NCBI RefSeq assembly: GCF_018977255.1
Contig: NW_024704743.1
Span: forward strand, 74,278,001 to 74,342,000
From: Callorhinchus milii
Lineage: Eukaryota
Direction: 5' to 3'
Length of the DNA stretch: 64,000 bases
Shown here: positions 39,400 through 50,840 of the stretch, in pieces
Numbering within the stretch: position 1 is the stretch's first letter
How the letters are laid out: each line of letters opens with the position of its first letter
Position numbers and translations under genes: made by a program
The notes under the pieces: model-generated
Told to the model about the DNA's origin: nothing
What the model saw: only the letters and a program-made list of their open reading frames with translations
The model's database searches: none

Positions 39400-40135
39400 G
39401 CACACCCTGATTTTCGCATACCAACGTTGCATAACGCCGCTGGGAGATGCCGTGCACCGCTGGAATACTTCTGCACCAAACTCGGGCAAACCTCAGCCCA
39501 CAGACGCCCACTGCCGCACAGAGCCGACCTGCGGCCGCTCGGGCGCGGCTGCTGCCGTCACTGCCTCCTGTGACGCAAGTGGAGCGGTCTCCTCCCCCGG
39601 CCCAACCCCTCCCGACGTTCCTGTTTGTGACGTAGGCGGTGTGCGCAGTGCAGCGGTGCGCAGGCGGCTCGAGCCTTCCCCAGCAGTGAGCTCGCACTCG
39701 CTCACTCGCTCTCCGTCGGCCCCCGATCAGCGACTGCTCCTATCTCCCTCCCCCCCCCCCCCCCCTCCTCGCTTATTTGGGTTAGAAACGAGAATCTTTC
39801 CTGACAAACGAACCTCACTGTAGTCGTTGAGGTGAGTTACGTTTCCGTTTTGTTTTATTCCGCGGGGCGAGCGCTGCGCGCGGGGTGTGGGGGAAAGCGA
39901 AAGCGGCTGTTGGCGGCGGTGCGGGTAAACAGAAGCAGTGGCGGCCGCTCGCTCGCCTCCCGCCCGCCCGCCTCACCCCTGTGTGTGGATGGACACAGCC
40001 GCCCGCCTCACCCCTGTGTGTGTGTGTGTGTGAGCGGAGCGGAGCGCCGCCCCCGGGACTCCTGCGGTCGGCGGTTTAACAGCGGAGCGAGGCGGCCGGC
40101 GGCATCCGGGCACTTGTGCGGGTGCCTGTGAGTGA
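39400..40135 (+). promoter_or_regulatory. CpG-island promoter of SNRK
   Basis: Abrupt rise in GC and CpG density versus AT-rich flanks; CRE half-sites CGTCA 39556, TGACGCAA 39571, TGACGTAG 39628; TGCGCA motifs; no obvious TATA box. Confidence 0.85.
39700..39831 (+). other. SNRK: Probable non-coding first exon of SNRK (start approximate)
   Basis: Lies in the only CpG island of the window; consensus donor GAG|GTGAGT at 39831/39832. The TSS cannot be fixed from sequence. Confidence 0.7.
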
Positions 40136-40138
40136 AGC

Positions 40139-40990
40139 CTCAGGGTGGGGGGGTGCAGGTGGGGGGGTGTGGGGAGTCAGGGTGGGGGGGTGTCAGGGTG
40201 GGGGTGTCAGGGTGGGGGGGGGTGTCAGGGTGGGGGTGTCAGGGTGGGGGGGGGGTGGGGGTGTCAGGGTGGGGGGGTTGGGGTGTCAGGGTGGGGGTCA
40301 GGGTGGGGGGGGTCAGGGTGGGGGGGGTCGGGGTGGGGGTGTCAGGGTGGGGGGTGTCAGGGTGGGGGGGGTGTCAGGGTGGGGGGTGTCAGGGTGGGGT
40401 TGGGGTGTCAGGGGTGGGGTGTCAGGGTGGGGGGGGTGGGGGTGTCAGGGTGGGGGGGGTTGGGGTGTCAGGGTGGGGGTGTCAGGGTGGGGGGTCAGGG
40501 TGGGGGGGTCAGGGTGGGGGTGTCAGGGTGGGGGGTGTCAGGGTGGGGGGTCAGGGTGGGGGGGTGTCAGGGTGGGGGTCAGGGTGGGGGTCAGGGTGGG
40601 GGTCAGGGTGGGGGTGTGGGTGGGGGGGGTGGGGGTCAGGGTGGGGGGGGTCAGGGTGGGGGGGTCAGGGTGGGGGGTCAGGGTGGGGGGGTGTCAGGGT
40701 GGGGGGTGTCAGGGTGGGGGGGGGTTGGGGGGTCAGGGTGGGGGGTCAGGGTGGGGGGGTCAGGGTGGGGGGGTCAGGGGGGGGGTTCAGGGGGGGGTGT
40801 CAGGGTGGGGGGGTTGGGGTGTCAGGGTGGGGGTGTCAGGGTGGGGGTGTCACGGTGGGGGGGGTGTCAGGGTCAGGGAGTGTCAGGGTGGGGGGGGTGT
40901 CAGGGTGGGGGGTGTCAGGGTGGGGGGGGTCAGGGTGGGGGGGTCGGGGTGGGGGGGGGTCAGGGTGGGGGGGGGTCAGGGTGGGGGTGT
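40139..40990 (+). repeat. G-rich minisatellite, unit ~(G)TGTCAGGGTG(4-8)
   Basis: Dozens of tandem TCAGGGTGGGG units of variable G-run length. Confidence 0.97.
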
Positions 40991-41059
40991 CCCTGTGACG
41001 GCCCAGTGTGCCGGTGTGTTACCGGGGTAACCGCCCCCCCCGCCCCGCGCGGGGCCCCG

Positions 41060-41084
41060 NNNNNNNNNNNNNNNNNNNNNNNNN
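41060..41084. other. Assembly gap (25 N)
   Basis: Run of N. Confidence 1.
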
Positions 41085-41279
41085 CCAACCCCTCCCCCGA
41101 CCCCCTCCCCCGACCCCCTCCCCCGACACCCCTCCCCCCCCCACCGACACCCCAACCCCCCCACCGGCACCCCAACCCCCCCCACCGGCACCCCGACCTC
41201 CCCCACCGACACCCCGACCCCCCCCCCCACCGACCCCCTAACCCCCCCCCCGTCCCTGACACCCCAACCCCCCTCCCTC
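41085..41279 (+). repeat. C-rich tandem repeat (CCCCACCGACACCCC-like), inverted relative of the upstream G-rich array
   Basis: Contains CCTGACACCCC, the reverse complement of GGGGTGTCAGG. Confidence 0.85.
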
Positions 41280-41519
41280 TGGAGTATTCAATGGTAGAAA
41301 CCAATATTGATGTTCAAGTGACCTTGATAGTGAGTTTCGCTATTGGCCGTTTCAGATTATCTCCATTTTTCCATGTTAAATGCATTGCAGAACACTTCTT
41401 TCTATATTTATAGGAAAAAGATTAAATAAACAGACAACTTTCTCTCTTTAATAACATTTCTAGCAGAGATTTTAAAGTGTTGAAGAGAATATCAATTCAG
41501 TCTTCTCTTGCAACATTAG

Positions 41520-41870
41520 CAACCAAATTACATTTGTATATTGGGAGGACATCCCAAGGCGCTGGACAGCCAATGTTTTGGACCTGAGCTGGGGATCAGG
41601 ATTGGGGAGGGTGGGGAGCAGGGGGGGTGGAGGGTGATTAAAGGCGTGGTCGAAGAGGAGGATCTTGCAGAAGGCAAGGGAGGGTGTGAGGAGGTTGCAG
41701 AGGTAGGGGGGAGCAAGGCCATGGAGGGCGTTGAAGGTGAGGACCAGGATCCTGAACTGTATCCTCTGTGTGATGGGAAGTCGGGGGAGGATGGGGGTGA
41801 TAGGGTTACGGAGCCTGGTGAGGGAGAGGACGCCGGCAGCAGAGTTCTGTGATCTGCAGCCTATGGAGGA
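41520..41870 (-). mobile_element. L2 LINE 3' fragment (SNRK intron 1)
   Basis: QNSAAGVL..RIQFRILVLTFNALHGLAPPYL. Confidence 0.9.
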
Positions 41871-43876
41871 GTATTGATCCTCCAAACCAAAGCCCTAATG
41901 AGTCAGGTGGTCCTTACTGGACAATCATTGGGACGTTTGCAATGTGGTGCAGTCCTGCTGAGACCAATGGCAAGTTACATGGTTTTAGCTGGGTAACAAC
42001 AACAAATTAGATTTGTATAGAGCCTTTCACGTCAGGAGGACGTCCCAAGGCCCTCAACAGTCAGGGATCTGTGTTGTTAAGTTACAGCAGTACCCCAATG
42101 TATACTCTGGAGTCTCCAACCTGGTTTTCACCAACCTGAGCCTAATACTCTCCAGAATTGGACAAGCAGGATGCATTTTCTGGGAAGAGAATGCATTCTG
42201 ATATAGACACAATTTCATTTGTAGGTGACATACACATGTGGAATTCTTGGTTTGATTTGGATACTGTTCAGCGTGGTGATGTGTTTCCATATGTGTCAGT
42301 CAGACGTCTGACCAAGTAAACAGTTCAGGTGCTTTCTATTCTTTTTGACCTTGGCAACTCTTTAGTTGGAGAGCACCCAACAGTCACAGAATCAAGTCCA
42401 TCAATTTGATTGTCAGCGCTGTGATTCAGTAACTGAAATCAACACCAGAATCTTTAGTGCATCTTAAAAACTGTAAATACATATGTTTTTCATGTTATGT
42501 TTCACAGTTTACATCCCTCTTATGGGGGCAGCTTTTTGACCTGTATACTTCATGACCTGCACAGAAATATTTGAGTTAGGGGGTTCTCTTGATTTCTCAG
42601 TTAATTTGATGAGCAGCTGACCAGTCCTGTGATTTCTGAAGTTCAATCCCTGGTCTGTGGTGACCTTACCAGCTGAGACCATAATAGGAGCATATGATTT
42701 GGTTAGCACCTGGTTGAGGGGGGATTTCTAAAAAAAATTGGTGTAAATGAATGTAGATTGCTTCACTAAACTGTGTACAAAATAAGGGTTTCCTTGATGA
42801 TGAAACGAAACGTCATTTTAGAGAACTATGTTGCAAGAAATCTTAAAGTGATATCCATCAGTTGAACAACATTTACCATAATGGAAATCTGATGCAACGT
42901 TTTCTGAAGCTAGAGGTTTTTTTTACCTTGCATTCAAATCCTTTGTAAAACAAGGTCTGAAACCATTTCATAGATTCTGTGTTTTGGACTATTGAATAAC
43001 TTGTCTAACATTAAAATTAAATTTACCTAAATTACTTCTAGTCATTGTATTGGGTAATGAAATAGACTTAATTGTTTAAGTATTTTTAGATCACTTGTGG
43101 TACATTTGATACTAATCTTCCTTTTATAATTAGAAATTTTTAAATTCTTTCATACTCTGTATCAAATGTATTGTAATATGGGGAGAAGAAAGAGTGGATA
43201 TATCAGATACAAGGGAAGGGGAAAGAGAGCAAAGAATCATTGTATTCATGCATGCTCTTTAGAAATTGGAGTGAAAAATTACTTATACAGTATTTCGATT
43301 TTAAATAGTTTCTCTGTGTTTCTTATTATGGTAAACATGTACTGTAGGTAGTTTTAATACAGTAAAACTCACATGAGTCATCCCTTTATAAATCGTAAAA
43401 TTGCCTAAGTCGTGTATGCACCCGAGTCCCATTCAGTTTCCCACCAAGAATTACTTAGATTTCTTTGCACTAGTCATATTTTATAAATCAGATAAACGGC
43501 TAAATCGTATTGGTTTCTTGGTTCCAAATAATCCGAACTCATATGCAAATCATCTTCTAATTTATAACGTCACTATTACACTTAGCAGTAGCATTGAAGT
43601 GTTCCGCTTGAAGCCAACCAGGGAAACAGAGTCTTGATACGTCACCACATGCGCACTTACTGGTTGCATTGAAGTACACATTTGCAGTGTCTTGACCCAT
43701 CACCTCATGCACAGTTACTGGCTGCAGTGATGAAGTTCTACGTGCACAGTACAGTACAGTGTACTCTGTTGAAACAAGCACGGAAAACGGGATACTTGTT
43801 TTCTGTTATGTGTTACTCATATAATTCAACTTGTACAAGTTTGTAACTCATATTTTGTGTAAGTCAAGCTAAATAT

Positions 43877-44215
43877 TGGAGTCCTGTAGCTCAGTGGTTA
43901 GAGCACTCGCTTTGCAAGTGAGAGACCTGAGTTCAATTCCAGGCAGAGGGCGAAACCTTGGGCAAGTTTCCTTACTCCACACAGAGCCTAATAATAATCC
44001 CTCCAAAACCAAAAACAATAATAAAAATTGGTCATTTTCAATCTATGACTGTTTGTGGGACATTGCTGTGCGCAATTGGCTGCCGCGTTCGCCCACAAAT
44101 ATACAGTTAATTCACTTTACAGTGTGTTCTGTGAAGCGCTTTGGGACGTCCTCCTGACGTGAAAAGCGCTATACCAAATGCAAGGATTATTATTATTATT
44201 ATGATGATTATTATC
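43877..44215 (+). mobile_element. tRNA-headed SINE, young subfamily, in SNRK intron 1
   Basis: Near-identical to 39005-39334. Confidence 0.94.
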
Positions 44216-44306
44216 ATCTCAACTGATAACAACTTATGCAAGATTTACTATATTCTTTTTGTTCCATACATTAGTGAACTTAATGTTTTCCTCTTTTGTG
44301 TTTCAG

Positions 44307-44440
44307 GATTCATCACATTCACCAGTAAAGAAAATGGATTCATTGCCTGGAATGAACTTTTTGAAAAAAAACATAGATTAGTGATTATCCAGCTTTGGAT
44401 ATAAGAATCTTATTCTGCTGTTTCCAGATTTGACAACAGC
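44307..44440 (+). other. SNRK: 5'UTR part of SNRK first coding exon
   Basis: Strong polypyrimidine acceptor ttttcctcttttgtgtttcag ending 44306; a second possible acceptor ctgctgtttccag ends at 44427. Confidence 0.7.
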
Positions 44441-45029
44441 ATGGCAGGCTTCAAGCGTGGATATGATGGCAAGATTGCTGGGCTGTATGACTTGGATAAA
44501 ACATTGGGCAGGGGTCATTTTGCTGTGGTAAAACTTGCACGTCATGTTTTCACTGGAGAAAAAGTAGCAGTGAAAGTCATCGATAAGACAAAACTGGATT
44601 CTGTAGCTACAGGACACTTGTTCCAGGAAGTAAGATGCATGAAACTGGTACAACATCCCAACATTGTGCGTCTATATGAAGTGATTGACACACAGACAAA
44701 ACTTTATCTTATTCTGGAACTGGGAGATGGAGGCGATATGTTTGATTACATCATGAAGCATGAAGATGGTCTCTCTGAAGAACTAGCAAAAAAGTACTTT
44801 GCTCAGATAGTTCATGCAATATCTTATTGTCATAAGTTGCATGTAGTTCATAGAGACCTGAAGCCAGAAAATGTGGTTTTCTTTGAACAACAAGGAATTG
44901 TAAAGCTTACCGATTTTGGGTTTAGCAACAAATTTCAGCCTGGAAAGAAGTTAACAACAAGCTGTGGGTCACTTGCATATTCTGCACCAGAGATTCTACT
45001 TGGAGATGAATATGATGCACCTGCAGTTG
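44441..45029 (+). CDS. SNRK: SNF-related serine/threonine kinase, coding exon 1 (kinase N-lobe to activation loop)
   Basis: [38 protein letters not shown]...HRDLKPEN...DFG...[14 protein letters not shown] is the recognisable SNRK N-terminus; donor G|GTAGGT at 45029/45030; 589 coding nt. Confidence 0.98.
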
Positions 45030-46439
45030 GTAGGTTTGACTTAATTTAGGGATGGGGTGAATTAAGATACGTCATCAAATCCAGAGTGTTTTACTCATAA
45101 TTAGGAATTTTTGTTTGATCATCTTATTAAGTAATTAAAATTCACGTATGATTTTGATTGACAACTGGTATACTAAAGCTGTTTTCCTTTGTGATGAACC
45201 AGTTACAAAATTGTGCAGAAAGTTTATTTTGTGAGTTTTTATTTCTAGATCATTCCTTCAGCATTAATATTTCAATATGTGATTTTAAGCTTACACTTAT
45301 AATTAATGTTGCCTTAATGTACAGGTGTTGCTTAAAAATGTAATATCACCTAGAAATGTGATGTCTTGATTGTTTTTAGCACAAGTAGAATATTATACAT
45401 TGTCCTTGTGTTAATGTTAACAGGTCTGTCTGGCTGTTTTTTGAAGTAACTTGGTTTAGCATATATTGAACTAGGAAAAAGCCATCTGACCCTCAGTTCA
45501 TGAGTGATCATCTTACTATTAGTTGTCTTCCTCTTTATGACTTCCTCCTTTTCCCCCTTCTGTCCCACCCTTTATATTCATATAATCACATACTGTACAA
45601 ATCACATGTGAACTTGAATATTTTCTGTGTGAAATTTCACCTTCACTTACTAGATCTCCATCCAGATGCAGTTAAGTGTATACTGAAAGTCCCTCTTTGA
45701 TCTTCAGATATAATATTCTGAATGTCAACCGGACATTATAATCAGAAATTTCCTCAAACTTTGTTACAGTATGGGATCTTAAACAGATCTACACTCACTC
45801 ATATTGCTGTCTTTAGGTTTTAACCAACCTTTGAATGCTTCATTAAAAGTGTCAGGGCAGAAGTGACAAATTATTGTAAATAGTTCAGACACATTGAAAG
45901 AGTCTAACCCTTTGCACTCACAAATACTTATATTTGTGACCGCTGGTTTCATGGACAAGGGGATTGTTTCAGAAGATAAGAAGGGATGTATTTTGTTTTA
46001 ATCAAATAGCCACAAAAGTCGTCCGACACTTCTAAGACTGGTATTCTGTGAGGCAGCCGTTCTTTTGCAATCTATATTGCTTAACTTTCTGCAGCAAGCT
46101 CATCTTATTTGTCAGATTAGTAGTTGTCAGTACGACAGATGGAGAGATTATCTAACCATTGTTGATTTTAAGAACTAGCGTTGGAAAAATTGCAATATTC
46201 ACGTGTCATATTCTGTAAATTACGAGTACATTTACCAAAATCTGTGGGAAATCAATCTTAACTTATTTTTTTGGATGAGATGTTAAAACTGAGATTCTTT
46301 GCTGCCTGTTTTAGATCAGAAAACATTTCTATACACAAAGCATTTGAGAATATGGGTGTTCTGCCCTGTACTATCAAAATCTATCAGGATGTTTAAAATG
46401 GAGTTTGGATTACATGCAGGAAGGGTATTGAGCCAAGAG

Positions 46440-47475
46440 CTCAGGGCTCTGTCCTTGGCCCTCTCCTCTTTATGCTCCTCCTTGGTGACATCATCCGCAG
46501 ACATGGGGTCAACTTCCACATGTGCGGATGACACCCAACTCTATCTTTCTGCCTCCACCCTCAACTCCAGGACCACTGCTGTCCTGACAGACTGCCTGTC
46601 GGACATCAAGTCCTGGATGAGGGCAAATTTCCTACAGTTGAATGTGAACAAGACTGAGGCCCTCCTGATTGGCTCGCGCCAGCGCCTCAGCACCTCAGGC
46701 TCTGGCAACATCAACCTCCATGGTTGCACACTACAACTCACCGCCAGTCAGGAACCTCGGTGTCTTGTTTGACCCTCAATTGTCTTTTCTTCCCCACATT
46801 CAAGCCATGACCCGTTCTGCCTTCCCTCACCTCCGTAACATCGCCGACTCTGCCACTACCTCACCCCTCAGGCCACTGAAACTCTTGTTCATGCCTTCAT
46901 CACCTCCAGGCTCGACTATGCACACGCCCTGCTTGTCAGCCTTCCCAACTCCTCCCTCCACAGGCTGCAGATAATCCAGAACTCTGCAGCCCGTGTCCTC
47001 TCCCGCACCAAACTCCGTGACCCCATCTTCCCCATTCTCGCCCGACTCCATTGGCTCCCTATCCTTCAGAGGGATAGATAGTTCAAGATCTTGGTCCTCA
47101 CATACAAAGCCCTCCATGGCCTCACCCCACCCTACCTTTGCGACCTCCTAACCCCTTACCAACCCGCCCAATCCCTCCGCTCAGCCGGCTCTGGCCTGCT
47201 CCATGTCTCCTGACCCACCCGCCCAACCATTGGCGGGAGAGCCTTCAGCCACTCTGCCCCCAACCTCTGGAATTCCATCCCCCAATCACTCTGCCTCGCC
47301 CCTCCTTTGCCTCCTTCAAGTCTTAGCCCACCTCAAGACCCTCCTCTTCGGCCATGCCATCGGCCACCTCCCTTCCCCGCCCAACCCAGCTTAGGTCTGA
47401 AATACTGTGCTCTGTCCAGTGCCTTGGGACGTCCTCCCGACGTGAAAGGCATTATACAAATGTAATGTTGATGAT
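46440..47475 (+). mobile_element. L2 LINE 3' ~1 kb (SNRK intron)
   Basis: ADDTQLY..IKSWMRANFLQLN..KTE, NLGVLFD, LHWLP, tail. Confidence 0.93.
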
Positions 47476-48324
47476 GGATGTGGACAAATGACAGAGAAAT
47501 TACGTTAACAGTTCTGCTATCATCTAATTAAGTACCAAAACAGATTAACGGGATTTAATGACATTATTTGAAAAATAAATGAGTTTCTCCCAGTGTTCTT
47601 GCCAGCATTCCCTTAGATTAATTGGCTATTTATCTCCTAGCTCTTTGTGGATCCGTTTTAGTGCAAATAACTAAACTTGCCTACAAAAATAATCACTTCC
47701 CTTGACAATAATGACATCAACATGACAATGTTCATTAAAAATAAATTTTAGTTGGACTTCAACTTTAGATTGCATTGTCAATAGATTAAGAAACCACAAT
47801 TATCTGCTCTGATGTATTCAAGAAATATCAAAAGCATTTGTCATCGGATATAACAATTATATCAAAAACCTACTTCAGCTAGCTGGCGGATTTTTCTTTA
47901 TATCATATTTGGTTATTTTTTCTGTAGAATCTGACACAGTAATTGTTTACGGTAAAATGTTTTGTCCCAATGTTGAAGGGAATCACCTCTGTTCACCCTG
48001 CAAAGCTGGTATGACACCACCTCTCATCAGCGATAGGCTGTTGAAATATTGTCTACTGTATTTAGTTTCTTAACTTCAAATATCTTCAGCTTGCTGAATA
48101 TTAGTTATATGGAAGTTTGGCTGGAATGTGCTCCAGGTAAATTTTTACTCTAGGGTTTCAGCCAGTGTTTTTTCTTATATGTTTATTGTTGCTTGTCAGG
48201 CTGTCATGGCAGTTGCTGCATACCTGTGGAAGTGAATGCATCTGATTATGGATTTGTATTTGAAGGAAGGAAGGTGTAATGATGGATGTATGCAGCAAGG
48301 ATAGCTGACTAACTTGACCTGGAA

Positions 48325-48676
48325 TAATAATAATAATCCTTGCACTTTATATAACACCTTATCATGTCGTTGAAATGTCTCAAAACACTTCATAGAATAT
48401 ATTGTAAATTGAATTTGTGTCAGATTTCACAGGGAAACACGGCACCCGATTGCACACAGCAGTTTCCCACAAATGGTCGTGGGTTGACTGACCAATTTTG
48501 TTTGAGGGATTATTACCCACAGAAATCTCCCAATCAATTAACAACCTGGTTCCTATTTACTGCTAGGTAAACAGGTTTGTGGAGTAAGGAAACTAAAGTT
48601 TTGCCCTGCCCGGAATTGTCCCCGGGTCATCTCACTTGTGAAGCAAGCACGCTAACCAATATGGTAGAGGACTCCA
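48325..48676 (-). mobile_element. tRNA-headed SINE (diverged, antisense, intronic)
   Basis: Reverse-complement tail AATAATCCTTGCA through head GGACTCCA. Confidence 0.87.
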
Positions 48677-49408
48677 ATATTGTTCAATAACAATATGAAT
48701 ATTGTTAATAAACATTTAAACTTTCCTATAGAACATTTAAATAGTATTGTAATTCTGTGTAGTTTTATGCAGTATTAAATATTTTAATATTGATGGTTTT
48801 GATTACTTAATTTTGAAGCTATTTTTCTCATGATATTTGAAAGTGACTAGAAAAAAACCTTTGCCCACAAAAGTCACTGAACTTTACAATATATCCCTTG
48901 AAGCGCTTTGGTACTTTCTCCCAACCCGAAAAGTGCAGTACCAAATGTAAGGGTGATTATCATTATTTATAGCTTTAGAATTGAAAGGTGGTGCACTGAT
49001 AGCATTTTGCATATCTATAGCACCTATTTGATATAGAATATGTCTATCAGCACTCTACTAGTGCTTTACAAAATGAAATTAATTGGAAAGGCAGTGGATG
49101 TCATGGAGGCAATCATAGTAACTAATTTGAACCTAAAGATGAGTAGCTCATTAGAATTTGGGGGTGAATTTGGATGGGGATCAAATATAAGACAAGATAA
49201 CCAAGAGGAAATTTCACATTTTGAAATAGGGATGGAGGGTCACTTCATATCTGTTTTACAAACCAAATTCAATCAAAGGTATGAAATGTACTTAGTTATC
49301 TATGATTTTAAATCAAAAAGAAGAGTTGTCTCAAATCTCAAAAAATTCTTATCTGGTATTGGTGAAAACAATGAATTACATAAAGGATACCAATTACTTA
49401 ATTACTTT

Positions 49409-50447
49409 GTGGAATCCTGTAGTTTAGTGGTTAGAGCACCCATCTCGCAAGTGAGAGAACATAAGAAATAGGAACAGGAGTAGGCAATTCGGCCCCTCGA
49501 TCGAGCCTGACCCGCCATTTAATCAGATCATGGCTGATCTTCTAACCTAATTGCATTTATCCGCCCTATCCCCATATCCCTTAATTCCTTTAGTTTTTAA
49601 AAATCAATCAATCTCAGTCTTGAATATGTTCAAGGACTGAGCATCTACAGCCTTCTGGGGTTGAGAACTCCATAAATTCACTACCCTCTGAGTGAAGAAA
49701 TGTTTTCCCAACTCAGTTCTAAAGAGCTGACCTTTAATCGTGAGACTACGACTCCTAGTTTTAGATTCTCCAACCAGGGGAATCAGTCTCACACTATCTA
49801 CCCTGTCAAGACCCTTAAGAATCATATAGGTTTCTATAAGATCACCTCTAATTTTTCTATATTCTAGAGAATATAGGCCTAGACTACTCAACCTCTCCTC
49901 GTAGGTCAACCCACTCATCCCAGGAACCAACCTGGTGAACCTACGTTGCACCCCCTCTAAGGCGAGTATGTCCTTTCTTAGATAAGTAGACCAAAACTGC
50001 ACACAATATTCTAGGTGCAGTCTCACCAAGGCCCTATACAATTGCAGTAAGACTATTCTTGTACTCTTTTAACCCCTTTGCAATAGACTCTAACATGTTG
50101 TTAGCCTTCCTAATTGCTGAGAGGACCCAGGTTCGATTCCCAGCATGGCGAGACATAAGGCAAATTTCCTTACTCCACATGCCTCTGTTTACCTAGCAGT
50201 AAGTAGGAACCCGGTTATTGGTGGATCTCTTTTCCGGAGTAATAATTCCTTCAAAAAAAAGTAAACAAAATAATAATTTAGTCGCTCAATCCATGATTGT
50301 TTGTGGGACACTGCTGTGCGCAATTGGTTGCCGTTTTTTCATCCACAAAATATCTTTCAATTCACTTTTCGGTATATTCTGTGAAGCGCTTTGAGGCGTT
50401 TCGAAGACGTGATATGGTGCTATATCAAGTGCAAGGATTATTATTAC
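49409..50447 (+). mobile_element. tRNA-headed SINE split by a CR1 insertion
   Basis: Head 49409-49457, remainder 50118-50447. Confidence 0.88.
49458..50117 (-). mobile_element. CR1 LINE 3' fragment nested in a SINE
   Basis: YRALVRLHLEYCVQFWS..FFTQRVVNLWS; 3' end ACATAAGAAATAGGAACAGGAGTAGG. Confidence 0.93.
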
Positions 50448-50698
50448 TACATATGGTGAGATTTACGTTACTGAAGGTGTTTCAAGAATACTCTTCCATA
50501 CTTTTTGCAAAGTTTTAAAATTGCTTATAGTCGGCGTTATTGAGATTGGAAAGTGTGCTTTAAAAAAAATACATTATACTGTTAAAATGTAGATGTCATG
50601 AATAGAGAAAGAATGTATATTTAGGAATTAGGCTTGACTTTCAAATATAAATTGAATTAAATGTTGGAGAATATATGAAGATTTTCCTTCTATTTCAG

Positions 50699-50840
50699 AT
50701 ATTTGGAGCCTGGGAGTGATACTTTTCATGTTAGTATGTGGGCAACCTCCATTTCAAGAAGCAAATGATAGTGAGACACTCACTATGATCATGGACTGCA
50801 AATATACAGTACCGACGCACGTCTCCAAAGAATGCAAAGA
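50699..50840 (+). CDS. SNRK: SNRK coding exon 2 ([47 protein letters not shown])
   Basis: Acceptor ttttccttctatttcag at 50698, donor GA|GTAAGG at 50840; 142 nt, phase continuous; kinase subdomains IX-X. Not in the ORF track, read manually. Confidence 0.97.

Noticed and set aside
39086..39823. 245-aa ORF
   Set aside because: SINE sequence read through into the GC-rich promoter; non-ATG start, no domain.
40116..41413. Long Gly-rich ORFs (288-422 aa) in three frames
   Set aside because: Translation of a stop-free G-rich minisatellite in intron 1; the longest spans an assembly gap.
45030..45049. ORF track end GRFDLI* as SNRK C-terminus
   Set aside because: Intron read-through past the GT donor at 45030.
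49040..49471. 143-aa intronic ORF
   Set aside because: No recognisable domain, AT-rich, ends in a SINE head; likely chance.
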